A stretch of DNA of 64,000 bases from Dehalococcoidia bacterium (lineage in GTDB: Bacteria > Chloroflexota > Dehalococcoidia > Plut-88900), in NCBI GenBank assembly GCA_965207225.1, contig CBDBLV010000005.1:800001-864000 (forward strand). The letters are read 5' to 3'. This document shows, piece after piece, positions 18,443-28,487 of this stretch. Below the pieces are notes generated by a model that ran no database searches, was not told the DNA's origin, and was given only the letters and a program-made list of their open reading frames with translations. The translations under genes and the position numbers were made by a program. Positions within the stretch are counted from its first letter, which is position 1; each line of letters begins with the position of its first letter.

Positions 18443-19600
18443 TTAGATCTGGTGCTTCTTCAGCAAGTTCCTCGCGATAACCAGCTTCTGTATCTCATTC
18501 GTCCCCTCGCCGATCATCATCAGGGGAGCGTCCCGGAAATACCGTTCCACGGGAAACTCCTCCGTGTACCCGTATCCGCCGTGTATACGCATCGCCTCCA
18601 TCGTCACCTCGTGGGCCGTCTCACTGGCGAATAGCTTCGCCATCCCAGCCTCCAGGTCCGACCTCTCCCCCCTGTCCTTCTTCGCCGCCGCCGATAATGT
18701 GAGCAACCTCGCCGCCTCTATCTTCGTACCCATGTCGGCCAGCTTCAACTGGATCGCCTGGTGCTGTGCTATCGGCTTCCCGAACGTCACCCGCTGCTGT
18801 GCGTAGGCAATCGCCGCATCGAAAGCCGCCTGCGCAACCCCGACCGACCTCGCCGCTATGTTCACCCGACCCCCCTCCAGCCCCGACATGATGTGCTTGA
18901 ACCCTTGCCCTTCAACCCCGCCCAGAAGGTTCGTTATCGGCACCCGGAAGTTGTCGAAAGCGAACTCCGTCGTGTCTATCCCCCGGTATCCCAGCTTCTT
19001 GATCTTCCTCCCGACCGTGAACCCCTCCCCACCCTTCTCGATAATGAACAGGCTGATGCCCCTGTAGCTCGGACTTGCATCAGGGTCTGTTTTGGTCAGC
19101 AGGGCAAAGGTGTTCCCCTGTATTCCGTTCGTCACGAACATCTTGGCCCCGTTTATCACATAGTCGTCTCCGTCCTTAACGGCCATAGTCTGGATCGACT
19201 GAAGGTCGCTCCCGCCCCCCGGCTCCGTCAGCCCGATTCCGCCGCGCTTCTCACCCGTGACTATCTTGGGCAGGAACCGCTGTTTCTGCTCCTCCGTGCC
19301 ATAGTTGACGATGGCGTATGTCATGATCGAATGGCTGCCGATAGTCCCGCTTAAGCTCATCCACCCCTTGCAAAGCTCTTCGATGATCAGCGCGAAGGTG
19401 ACGTTGTCCAGCCCGAGACCCCCGTACTCCTTCGGCACCACTGCCCCGAACAGGCCCATCTCCTTCATCTTCTCCACCATCTCGTGCGGGTATTCATCGG
19501 CGTGCTCAAGCTCCGCGACGTATGGCTTAACATCCCGGTTTACGAAGTCCCGGATGGTCGAGACCATCTGCTTTTGCTCTTCGGTTAGGACAATGCTCAT
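18443..19600 (-). CDS. Acyl-CoA dehydrogenase
   Basis: LTEPGGGSD, IHGGYGY, GEGTNEIQ. Confidence 0.93.
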   Translation of the reverse strand: MSIVLTEEQKQMVSTIRDFVNRDVKPYVAELEHADEYPHEMVEKMKEMGLFGAVVPKEYGGLGLDNVTFALIIEELCKGWMSLSGTIGSHSIMTYAIVNYGTEEQKQRFLPKIVTGEKRGGIGLTEPGGGSDLQSIQTMAVKDGDDYVINGAKMFVTNGIQGNTFALLTKTDPDASPSYRGISLFIIEKGGEGFTVGRKIKKLGYRGIDTTEFAFDNFRVPITNLLGGVEGQGFKHIMSGLEGGRVNIAARSVGVAQAAFDAAIAYAQQRVTFGKPIAQHQAIQLKLADMGTKIEAARLLTLSAAAKKDRGERSDLEAGMAKLFASETAHEVTMEAMRIHGGYGYTEEFPVERYFRDAPLMMIGEGTNEIQKLVIARNLLKKHQI

Positions 19601-19637
19601 TCCTTCCTCCCTGGGTATCCCGATGTCGAAACTTGGA

Positions 19638-20882
19638 CTATTCCTTGTCGTTTGCCGGTCCCGTGATCCCGAGCGCCCCGCCCGGCTGGTCTAGCAGCTG
19701 GATCCTCGCCTGCGTTCTCACCGGCAGCCCGAATATGTCTATGAACCCCTTTGATGCGCCCTGGTCGAAAGTGTCACCCTGGTCGTAAGTAGCCAACTCG
19801 AACTGATACAGCGCCTGCGGGGCCTTCCGCCCGACCACCGTGCACTGCCCCTTGTGCAACCTCACCCGAATTGTCCCCGACACATGCCGTTGCGTGCTCT
19901 GCACGTATGCAGCCAGGTCCTGGTGCAGCGCCGTGAACCACAGTCCGTTGTAGATAAGGTCGGCGTACTCCTGTGCCACCCTTTCCTTGAACCGGGCTTG
20001 CTCTTTGCTCAGCGTCATGTCCTCCAGCGCCCGGTGCGCTGTGGTCAGCACTATGCCCGCCGGCGCCTCGTATATCTCCCGGGACTTGATTCCCACCAGC
20101 CGGTTCTCAACGTGGTCTATCCGACCCACCCCGTGCGCCCCGGCCGCCTTGTTCAGTACGTCGATTAGCTCTACCCCGCCCATCTCCCGACCGTCGAGCC
20201 GCGTAGGTATCCCGTTCTCAAACTCGATCTCGTGGTATGCCGGTTCGTCTGGTGCATTGGAAGACGACACCGTCCACTGGTACACGTCCTCCGGAGGCTC
20301 GACCCACGGGTTCTCCAGTACCCCCGTCTCTATGCTCCGGCCCCACAGGTTCTCGTCTATCGAGTACGGGTTCGCCTTGGTCAGCGGCACCGGGATGCTG
20401 TGCTCCTTCGCATAGTCGATCTCCTGCTCCCGAGTCATCCCCCACTCCCGGGCTGGTGCGATAATCTCGAGGTTTGGGGCCAGAGCCCCGACACTCACGT
20501 CGAACCGCACCTGGTCGTTACCCTTGCCCGTGCACCCGTGCGCCACTGCGTAGGCCCCCGTCTCCATCGCCACGTCCACCAGTAACTTCGCCATCAGGGG
20601 CCGCGCCAGCGCCGTCGCCAGGGGGTACTTCCCTTCGTACATCGCGCCCGCTTGCAGGGCGGGCCACACGAAGTAGTCGACGAAGTCCTCCCGGGCATTG
20701 AGCACTTCAGCCTGAATGGCCCCCGTCCCCATCGCCCGACGCCTCACCTCCTCTAGGTCTATCTCCCCTCCCACGTCCACAGTCAATGTCACTATCTCCG
20801 CGTTGTATCGGTCCGAAAGCCATTTGATGGCCACGGAGGTGTCGAGACCTCCGCTGTATGCGAGAACTATCTTCTGGGTCAC
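19638..20882 (-). CDS. argG: Argininosuccinate synthase
   Basis: LAYSGGLDTS, HGCTGKGNDQVRF; start moved to GTG 20882. Confidence 0.96.
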   Translation of the reverse strand: MTQKIVLAYSGGLDTSVAIKWLSDRYNAEIVTLTVDVGGEIDLEEVRRRAMGTGAIQAEVLNAREDFVDYFVWPALQAGAMYEGKYPLATALARPLMAKLLVDVAMETGAYAVAHGCTGKGNDQVRFDVSVGALAPNLEIIAPAREWGMTREQEIDYAKEHSIPVPLTKANPYSIDENLWGRSIETGVLENPWVEPPEDVYQWTVSSSNAPDEPAYHEIEFENGIPTRLDGREMGGVELIDVLNKAAGAHGVGRIDHVENRLVGIKSREIYEAPAGIVLTTAHRALEDMTLSKEQARFKERVAQEYADLIYNGLWFTALHQDLAAYVQSTQRHVSGTIRVRLHKGQCTVVGRKAPQALYQFELATYDQGDTFDQGASKGFIDIFGLPVRTQARIQLLDQPGGALGITGPANDKE

Positions 20883-20899
20883 CTTATTCCTCTTTTTGT

Positions 20900-22090
20900 C
20901 TAGCCTTGTGCCACGACCCCCAGGGCCGCGTCTATGATCTCGATCGCCTTGTCTGCCTCTTCCTCCGACACGATCAAGGGCGGGATCAGCCGCAGGGCGT
21001 CGGGCCTTACCGGGTTCACCAATAGCCCCCTCTCCCGACACTCGTTTACCAGGTCACCGGACACGTTATCAGCCAACGCCAGCGCCAGTAGCAGCCCCAC
21101 CCCCCTCACCCCGACCGCCAGGTCATGCTTCCCGGTCAACCCTTCCAGCTCAGACCGCAACCGCTCCCCTACTCTCTTTGCGTTCCCCACTACGTCATTG
21201 TCCAGTATGTATCTCATGTTCGCCGCGCCGACCGCAGTACCCAGCGGGTTGCCGCTGAATGTCGACCCGTGATCGCCGGGCTCAAATACGGATGCTTCCT
21301 TCTTCGCCATCACCGCCCCGATCGGGAACCCTCCCCCGAGCGCCTTGGCTAGCGTGATAACGTCCGGCTCCACCCCAAAATGCTCGTATGCGAACAGATT
21401 CCCGCTCCTCCCGATACCTGTCTGTACCTCGTCAAAGATAAGTAGCAGGTTCCGTTGGTCGCACCAGTCCCGCACCTGCTGAAGGTATTCTCGGGATGGC
21501 ACGTTTACCCCGCCCTCGCCCTGTATCGGCTCCAGCATCACAGCGCAAGTGCTCTCGTTCGTTGCCGATATGATCGCCTCTATATCGTCGAAGGGCACGT
21601 TCGTGAAACCCTGCGGCAACGGTGTAAACGTAGCTTGGTGTCCGGGCTGGCCCGTGGCCGCGACCATCGCAAAGGTCCTGCCGTGAAACGAGTCCATCGC
21701 CGAGATTACCTCGTACGCCCCGTTCAGGTTCACCTTCCCGTGCTTCCGGGCAATCTTGATTGCTGCCTCATTCGCTTCGGCCCCGCTGTTCTGGAAAAAC
21801 ACTTCGTCGAAGCACGAGTTCTCCACCAGTATCTGCGCCAGCTCCACCTGCGGGATCGTGTAAAACAGGTTCGACACATGCCATAGGGCCTGGCTCTGCT
21901 TCTGTATCGCCTCCACCAGTACCGGATGGCAGTGCCCGAGCCCCGTGACCGCGATCCCTCCTACGAAGTCCAGGTACTCCTTCCCGTCCTCGTCCCACAC
22001 CCTGACACCCTCGCCCCGCACCAGCGTCAACGGCTGCCGCCGGCCCGTCTTCATAAAGTACTTGGCTTCCAGCTCCTGCCAGTTCACCAT
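20900..22090 (-). CDS. argD: Acetylornithine aminotransferase
   Basis: NSGAEANE, FDEVQTGIGR, LAKALGGG; arg operon context. Confidence 0.92.
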   Translation of the reverse strand: MVNWQELEAKYFMKTGRRQPLTLVRGEGVRVWDEDGKEYLDFVGGIAVTGLGHCHPVLVEAIQKQSQALWHVSNLFYTIPQVELAQILVENSCFDEVFFQNSGAEANEAAIKIARKHGKVNLNGAYEVISAMDSFHGRTFAMVAATGQPGHQATFTPLPQGFTNVPFDDIEAIISATNESTCAVMLEPIQGEGGVNVPSREYLQQVRDWCDQRNLLLIFDEVQTGIGRSGNLFAYEHFGVEPDVITLAKALGGGFPIGAVMAKKEASVFEPGDHGSTFSGNPLGTAVGAANMRYILDNDVVGNAKRVGERLRSELEGLTGKHDLAVGVRGVGLLLALALADNVSGDLVNECRERGLLVNPVRPDALRLIPPLIVSEEEADKAIEIIDAALGVVAQG

Positions 22091-22135
22091 CCTTCTATCC
22101 TTTCACTGTCTCCATTTGATTGTGATGCGGCGACA

Positions 22136-22918
22136 TCAGCCAAACCACGTCCCCGCCCCCCGACCCTCCACCGCCTCCAGCAAAGCACCCGCTCGACGCC
22201 CATCCGTTATAACCGCCCTCACCCCCGACTCCGCCGCCTTCAAGCACGCCTCCACCTTCGGAATCATTCCACGGGTGATTACGCCCGACTCAATCATTTT
22301 CTTTGCCGCGTGCCTCGAAATCGACGCTACACAGTTCCCATCCCCATCCAGTATCCCTTCCACGTCCGTAAGAAATATCAGGCTCGACGTGCCGATAGCC
22401 GACGCCAGCTCCCCTGCTACCGTGTCCGCGTTCACGTTCAGGAACCCCTTCCAATCCGAGCTCCCGTTCCGTTGCTGTGCCGCTATTGGCGATAACACCG
22501 GTAGACACCCGCTTCGCGCCAGCGCTTCCAGGGGCCCCGCATCCACCCCCGTCACCCGACCCACGTACCCCAACTCCGAGTCCTGCACCTCCGCCTTGAT
22601 AATGCCTCCGTCCACCCCGCTCACCCCTACCGCCCGACCTCCGCACCCCGCTATTGACGCCACCAGTTCTTTGTTTACAAGCCCCGCCAGCACTGCCGTA
22701 GCTACTTCCAGCGATGGCCCGTCCGTCACCCGTAGCCCCCGCACAAACCGCGCCTCCACCCCGTGACGCTTCTGCCACTCCGATACCACGTTACCGCCCC
22801 CGTGCACCACGATGATCTCGGCACCCTTCTTCTGGAGTTCAGCCAGGTCCGAGAAAAGCGTGTCTGCTGCCCCCAGCGCCCCGCCCCCTATTTTCACGAC
22901 TGCCTGGTTCATCCCCAT
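22136..22918 (-). CDS. argB: Acetylglutamate kinase
   Basis: VKIGG, VHGGG, GLRVTD, NVNAD, GMIPK. Confidence 0.93.
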   Translation of the reverse strand: MGMNQAVVKIGGGALGAADTLFSDLAELQKKGAEIIVVHGGGNVVSEWQKRHGVEARFVRGLRVTDGPSLEVATAVLAGLVNKELVASIAGCGGRAVGVSGVDGGIIKAEVQDSELGYVGRVTGVDAGPLEALARSGCLPVLSPIAAQQRNGSSDWKGFLNVNADTVAGELASAIGTSSLIFLTDVEGILDGDGNCVASISRHAAKKMIESGVITRGMIPKVEACLKAAESGVRAVITDGRRAGALLEAVEGRGAGTWFG

Positions 22919-22933
22919 CGCCTCGCCCTCATC

Positions 22934-24154
22934 CTACGTCGTGTACTCGCTGTTGAACGTCACGTACTCCTCCGAAAGGTCGCACGTCCACGCCGTCGCC
23001 GACGCCTCGCCCACGTTCAACACCAGCTTGATCGACACCTCCTCCTGGTCCAGCGACCGGGACACGGCATCTTCGTAATACGGCACCGGCGTACCGTTGT
23101 TCAGCATGAATATATCGTTGATGAACAGGTCAGTCTTCGACTCCTCGATGTAAGCCCCCGTCCGACCCAACGCCGCCATCAGCCGGCCCCAGTTCGGGTC
23201 GTTCCCGTGTATGGCGCTCTTCACCAGCATGGACGTCGATATGATCCGCGCCGCATTCCTCGCCTCCTCCTTTGTACGCGCCTTCTCGATAACGAATTCG
23301 ATAAGCTTGGTCGCTCCCTCCCCGTCCCGTGCAATCTGCTTGGCCAGGAACGTGCAGACCTCGGTCAATGCCTCGCAGAAGCCCTCTGCACCAGCGTGAT
23401 CTGCCGTTATGGGTGCATTGCCAGCCAGCCCGTTTGCCAGTATCGCAACCGTGTCGCTCGTGCTGGTGTCTCCGTCAATGCTGATCATGTTGAAAGAATC
23501 GCCCACTGCATTCTCAAGGGCAGTCTGTAGAAAGGCCGGATCAACCGACGCGTCTGTCGCAATAAACGAAAGCATGGTCGCCATGTCCGGGTGCACCATC
23601 CCCGCCCCCTTGGCTACACCCCCCACCACCCCCCGCGTCCCGTCACCCGCGTCAAACGACACGGCTATCTCCTTCGGGTGCGTGTCAGTGGTCATAATCG
23701 CCCGTGCCATCAACCGGCCCCCGTCTTTCGTCACCTCAATTTCCTCAACCCCGGTCCGGATCCGAGCCATCGGAAGCTCTACCCCTATCACCCCCGTGCT
23801 CGCCACTAGCACGTCCTCCGTCGCCACCCCCAGCTTCTTCCCCGCCAGCTCAGACATCTCCACCGCGTCCACCCGACCCTGCTCCCCCACCGACACGTTC
23901 GCTATGCCGCTGTTCACCACCACCGCCTGCGCATGGGGGTCTTTCAAGTAGTCCCGGTCGACCAGGATTGCTGGGGCCGTGACCCTGTTCTTCGTGAACA
24001 CCGCCGCCGCCGAGGCCCGCACCTCCGAGTACAGCAACCCCAGGTCCAGCTTGTCAGCCCCGTAGGGCTTCACGCCGCAGTAAACGCCTCCCGCACGGAA
24101 CCCCTTGGGAGTGGTAACCGTGCCCCCTTCTATCCGTTCCATGGAGTCTTTCAT
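22934..24154 (-). CDS. argJ: Glutamate N-acetyltransferase (ornithine acetyltransferase)
   Basis: KGAGMVHPDMATML, DGEGATK, DPNWGR, C-terminal EYTT; start moved to ATG 24154. Confidence 0.95.
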   Translation of the reverse strand: MKDSMERIEGGTVTTPKGFRAGGVYCGVKPYGADKLDLGLLYSEVRASAAAVFTKNRVTAPAILVDRDYLKDPHAQAVVVNSGIANVSVGEQGRVDAVEMSELAGKKLGVATEDVLVASTGVIGVELPMARIRTGVEEIEVTKDGGRLMARAIMTTDTHPKEIAVSFDAGDGTRGVVGGVAKGAGMVHPDMATMLSFIATDASVDPAFLQTALENAVGDSFNMISIDGDTSTSDTVAILANGLAGNAPITADHAGAEGFCEALTEVCTFLAKQIARDGEGATKLIEFVIEKARTKEEARNAARIISTSMLVKSAIHGNDPNWGRLMAALGRTGAYIEESKTDLFINDIFMLNNGTPVPYYEDAVSRSLDQEEVSIKLVLNVGEASATAWTCDLSEEYVTFNSEYTT

Positions 24155-24230
24155 CGCTCCCTTTCCAGCCTGCGCTCCCCCGACACAAGCGTCGTGAAGT
24201 ATATCACTTTTGCCTTGATTTCCTGGCATG

Positions 24231-24263
24231 GGAAAAGCCGACGGGTTACCCGTCGGCTTTTCC
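24231..24263. terminator. Perfect 15-bp hairpin, probable intrinsic terminator
   Basis: GGAAAAGCCGACGGG-TTA-CCCGTCGGCTTTTCC between the UGSC gene and argJ. Confidence 0.7.
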
Positions 24264-24306
24264 ACCGAGCTCTTTCTCTATTTCAAACTTCTAGCTCGGC
24301 AGTGGC

Positions 24307-24864
24307 TTATGGCCTCCTGCCGTTGGTCAGGATGTCGACCACCTGCGGCAGTGCATCCTTCGCCCGACCCTTCAGGTCGTCATCCGCCAGGCTCCCGATC
24401 GGGTGCTTCACCACCACGAACGGGTAGTCCGGCAGACCGCGCGTCCGGGCTATCGCCTCAACTCCGGGGATGAACTGGTCGCTGATTATCACCGCAGTCG
24501 GTACGCCCCGGTCTTCCAGGGAGATCGCGTCGTGCATACAGCACGTACTGCAGGAGCCTCAGTCACCTATCGCAATTAAGGCGGCGTCGGCCTTCTCCGC
24601 CAGCTCGTCCAGCATCTCCGGCGGAGAGACGTCGGAGACATTCGGCCTCGCCACGAACGTTACGTCGGAGATCTCGTAGTTCTCCTTGATCAGGTCCGTC
24701 ACCATCCAGAGGAGCTTGTCTCCGTTCAGCCGGCGGTCATGCAGCAGGCCGATCCGCTTCCCGTTGAGAGAGTCCACCTTCGGAGCCATATCAATGTGCT
24801 CCTCGATCATCTCCTCCCCCCTAGGGTCGAGGGCCATCATCGTTTTCAGCATCTCATTGGCCAT
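24307..24864 (-). CDS. UGSC-family selenoprotein (Sec at TGA 24561-24559)
   Basis: In-frame AIGD-TGA-GSCSTCCMHD joins ORFs 24559-25107 and 24307-24537. Confidence 0.88.
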
Positions 24865-25121
24865 AAACGCCTCCCCTTCCTGGCTAACTCCCGACAGTAT
24901 ACCACCCCACCACCTCTCCGTCATTCTGGTCCGGAGCCGGAAGGCGGAATGGATTCCGGAACCGAGGCCGTATTCCGTAGGGGCGACCGCCCGGTCGTCC
25001 TCCCCAGGGCTGGCCCACTGCCCTTCTTCGACAAAAGATGTTCCCATAGGTAGGATGGCGCTTGGTGTATCGCGCTTTGAGTTCCAATGCCCCGCCGAGT
25101 AGTGCACAAAGAGAGTAAATC

Positions 25122-25850
25122 ATGCCCCTGAAAGTCGTTACGTGGAACGTCGAATGGGCTGGCCCAAGGTCTGGGAAAGCCCCCGAAATCCGGGACCGCA
25201 TCAACTCCCATGCCCCCGAAATCATCTGCCTCACCGAGGCCAACATCCACCTCCTTGCAGGACCCGGCCACACAATCTACTCCCAGCCCGACGCCGGCTA
25301 CAAAGTCAACCTCAAGCGGCGCAAGGTCATCCTCTGGTCCAGAGAACCTTGGGACGAAATAGACGACCTGGGCATCGATTCGATGCCTCCCGGACGATTC
25401 ATCACAGGAGCCACCCAGACATCATTAGGCAGGGTAACGATAGTTGGAGTCTGCATCCCTTGGTTCGGCTCTAGGACGGAGGCCAAACGCGGAGCGGAAA
25501 AAAAGAATCAATGGGAAGACCACGAACAATATCTGGTAGGTCTAACCGACGTTCTTCGACGCTCTCCCTCGGAACGTCTCATAGTGATGGGTGACTTCAA
25601 CCAGAAGATAGGCCCCGACAGCCGAGCGCCTCACCCTCTCCAATCAGCCCTTCAAAACGCCTTCTCTCCGAACTTGACAATTGCCACCGCGAACATTGAC
25701 TTCCAAGGCCACAAAAGCATCGACCACATCGCAGTAACCCATGACTGGTCCGTCGAGTCCCCGCAAGTAATCAGCAACTTCCATGAAGGCAAAACACTCT
25801 CCGACCACTTTGGACTCGCCGCCAACCTGTCTCTCTGCAAACCCCGGTAG
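25122..25850 (+). CDS. Endonuclease/exonuclease/phosphatase (EEP) family protein
   Basis: VTWNV, ICLTE, MGDFN, IDHI, LSDH. Confidence 0.88.
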   Translation: MPLKVVTWNVEWAGPRSGKAPEIRDRINSHAPEIICLTEANIHLLAGPGHTIYSQPDAGYKVNLKRRKVILWSREPWDEIDDLGIDSMPPGRFITGATQTSLGRVTIVGVCIPWFGSRTEAKRGAEKKNQWEDHEQYLVGLTDVLRRSPSERLIVMGDFNQKIGPDSRAPHPLQSALQNAFSPNLTIATANIDFQGHKSIDHIAVTHDWSVESPQVISNFHEGKTLSDHFGLAANLSLCKPR

Positions 25851-26079
25851 CGCAATACTTGTCCCGACCCTCCCCAGACGTGAGGCCGCTCAAGCTGAGG
25901 CCACTCGAAGCATGTCCTGAGCCTAGTCGAAGGATATGAGCGGGGGGTGGCCCACCCCTGCCTATCCGTCGAGGCACATACCGCGGCATGAACCCCCGTC
26001 CCCCATGTCATCCCGAGGCCCCGCGAGGGATCTAGGATTTGCCCGCACAGGCCTTTCGGAGCTTCGTTTCCCTCCCCCC

Positions 26080-26217
26080 AGTACCAAACTAGAGGGCCAC
26101 ACCTGCGCCTTGGCGCAGGTGTGGCCCTCTGTTTTTCTTTCCCACTCTCCCTTATCGGCCCTAAGGGTCAACGATGCGCCTGTGGCGTGAGAGGGGGATA
26201 CAGGGGGTGAGGGTTCC
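26080..26217. repeat. Composite double-hairpin intergenic repeat, copy 2
   Basis: 19-bp perfect arms 26091-26130; same flanks as copy 1 with a short insertion. Confidence 0.85.
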
Positions 26218-26222
26218 TCTCC

Positions 26223-27038
26223 CTACCCCCACCTCTGCTGCAAAAGCGGCTGATCTGTAATCCCCGTCGTCACGCTCAACCCCGCATCCACCGGCAGCGT
26301 CACACCCGTAACCCACCGAGACTCGTTGCTCGCCAGATACACCGCCGCCCACCCGACATCCCACCCCGTCCCCTCCGTCCCCAGAGGTGCAGCCTCCGCA
26401 CGCCTTTCCCGCATCCCCTCCACCATCCGCGGCGCCACCATCGGCGTGTACACCAGCCCCGGCGCTATCGCATTCACCCGGATTCCATCCCGACCGTGGT
26501 CCGCCGCCATCGAAAACGTCAGCCCGATTACCGCTGCCTTGGAAGTCGAGTAAGGCGTGCTGTGGTGCGCCCTCAACCCCGCCGTCGACGCAATGTTGAT
26601 TATCGAACCCCCACCCGATTCCCTCATCCTCGGGATGACATGCTGGCTGCACAGCATCATGCTCTTCACGTTCACTGCCATCACCCGGTCCCACTCCTCC
26701 GCCGTCACGTCCAGCACCGACCCCCGCTTCGATATCCCCACGTTGTTCACCAGAATATCGATCCGCCCGTACCGCTCGACCGCCGTCTCAGCCAGCCGAC
26801 AAGTATCCTCCTCCACCGTCACGTCCACCCCCACCGTCGAGGCCCCCCCACCCTCCCCATCTATTGCGGCCAGCGTCTCCTTTGCCCGCTCCTCGTGAAG
26901 GTCCGCCAGCAGCACCTTCGCCCCCTCCCGGGCAAACAAAATCGCCGTGGCCTTCCCGTTCCCAATCCCCGGCCCGCTCGACCCCGCCCCCGTCACAATC
27001 GCCACCTTCCCCGCCAATCTTCCATTCGCCTTATCCAT
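26223..27038 (-). CDS. Short-chain dehydrogenase/reductase
   Basis: VTGAG..GIG, NNVG, YSTSK, IRVNAIAPG. Confidence 0.92.
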   Translation of the reverse strand: MDKANGRLAGKVAIVTGAGSSGPGIGNGKATAILFAREGAKVLLADLHEERAKETLAAIDGEGGGASTVGVDVTVEEDTCRLAETAVERYGRIDILVNNVGISKRGSVLDVTAEEWDRVMAVNVKSMMLCSQHVIPRMRESGGGSIINIASTAGLRAHHSTPYSTSKAAVIGLTFSMAADHGRDGIRVNAIAPGLVYTPMVAPRMVEGMRERRAEAAPLGTEGTGWDVGWAAVYLASNESRWVTGVTLPVDAGLSVTTGITDQPLLQQRWG

Positions 27039-27107
27039 GAATTCGTTTGCTCCCCAAGATGATATTATTTTGCCCAGCTTACATTACACACGCGTGAGGA
27101 AGGGCAT

Positions 27108-27437
27108 ATGAGCGTTCCCACCCAGTCACTATCGGAAAGAGCCGCCACAAGGCAAACATATATCCACGAGTATGTTGAAGCTTGCACGCTTACACAAGTA
27201 TTGGATTATGGTCGAAGTTTGTCGGACACTGAAGGTGATAAGGCTATAGAGTACCCTGCTCAAAAGCTGGAAGAGCATATCAATATGCGGGCCTCAATGG
27301 GCTGGACGTTGGTTTTCATGGAGCCGCATTGGCATCACGAAAGCAAATACGGCTTTGATGTGGGATTTGCCAGGCCCCTTGCTGTCGTTGGCTGGTACCT
27401 GACCTTCAAGAGGAAAAAGCGAAGGGCAAGGCGCTAA
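27108..27437 (+). CDS. Hypothetical protein
   Basis: ATG after GAGGAAGG; fills the gap between flanking genes; less C-rich composition. Confidence 0.55.
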   Translation: MSVPTQSLSERAATRQTYIHEYVEACTLTQVLDYGRSLSDTEGDKAIEYPAQKLEEHINMRASMGWTLVFMEPHWHHESKYGFDVGFARPLAVVGWYLTFKRKKRRARR

Positions 27438-27446
27438 GCAAAACGC

Positions 27447-28454
27447 CTACTCTATCTCCACCGTCTCGAAAATCTTAGGCCCGAGTATCCCCAGCAGCCC
27501 GCTTGCCGCCAGGTGTACCGTCCTACCCGTCGGGTCCAGCGGCGGTGCCACCTCGCAGATGTCGACGGCCTTGATTATGTCGTAGCTTGCCAGGCAGTCC
27601 ATCATCTCCAGGAACTCCACTGCCGTGATCCCCGTGAACACCGGGGCCCCTGTCCCGGGCGACTCCGACCCATCCACCACGTCGATGTCTATCGTCACGT
27701 ACACCGCATCCACGCTGTGCCCGACAACCTCCATCGCGCTCTTCACAATCTCTGCAGGCCCCTGCTCTCGCACCATCTTCGCCGTCGTCACCCTCATCCC
27801 CCCCGACCTGAATATCCGATGCTGTGCCGGGTCGATCACCGACCCGTTCAGCCCCACCCACGCCATGTTGTTATAGGAAATGTGAGAGTCCTCGCTAAGC
27901 CTCCTCGCCTGCGTCCCGTGCGTGTACTTCCCTCCAACCCCGTGCACGTCCCTGAAGTCCGGGTGGCTGTCGATGTGCAGGTACCCCAGCCTCGGCGACC
28001 CGCCCCGCTCAGACATCCCCTTCGAAAAACCGGCGAACCCCGGGTATGCAACGTAATGGTCACCGCCCAGCAGCACCGGAATCCCGCCCCTCTTCACTAT
28101 ATCCGCGACCCCGTCGATTACTATCTCAGTGGTCTCCTGCGTGTTCGTCGGGTTGATGTCGAAGTCCCCGATATCCCCCAGCGGCGGAGACGACACCGGC
28201 TTCCTCCAGATCCCCGACTCCACGTCCAGCAAGGTATTCTCCGCCGACACCTCGTAAGCCCCCCGGTGCAGCATCGACGCCTCTCGTATCCCCCTGGGCC
28301 CATAACGCGCCCCCGGCCTCGCCGTCACTATCCCCTGGTCTATCGGCACCCCCGCCACCACCAGCATCCCATCCTCGATCTCCTCCGGCCCCATGATCTT
28401 CCCGCTGAAGAAAGACGGGAACCCTTTGTAAGACGTATACAGCTTTCCTGCCAT
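27447..28454 (-). CDS. Ureohydrolase (agmatinase/arginase family)
   Basis: RPGARYGP, LGGDH, HIDSHPD, TIDIDVVD..PGTG. Confidence 0.92.
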   Translation of the reverse strand: MAGKLYTSYKGFPSFFSGKIMGPEEIEDGMLVVAGVPIDQGIVTARPGARYGPRGIREASMLHRGAYEVSAENTLLDVESGIWRKPVSSPPLGDIGDFDINPTNTQETTEIVIDGVADIVKRGGIPVLLGGDHYVAYPGFAGFSKGMSERGGSPRLGYLHIDSHPDFRDVHGVGGKYTHGTQARRLSEDSHISYNNMAWVGLNGSVIDPAQHRIFRSGGMRVTTAKMVREQGPAEIVKSAMEVVGHSVDAVYVTIDIDVVDGSESPGTGAPVFTGITAVEFLEMMDCLASYDIIKAVDICEVAPPLDPTGRTVHLAASGLLGILGPKIFETVEIE

Positions 28455-28487
28455 CCGTTGACCTCCGGTTAGTCCTCTCGAAAACGA

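Noticed and set aside
24194-24207. GTGAAGTATATCAC as an ARG box upstream of argJ
   Set aside because: Spacing does not fit the TGAAT-N4-ATTCA consensus
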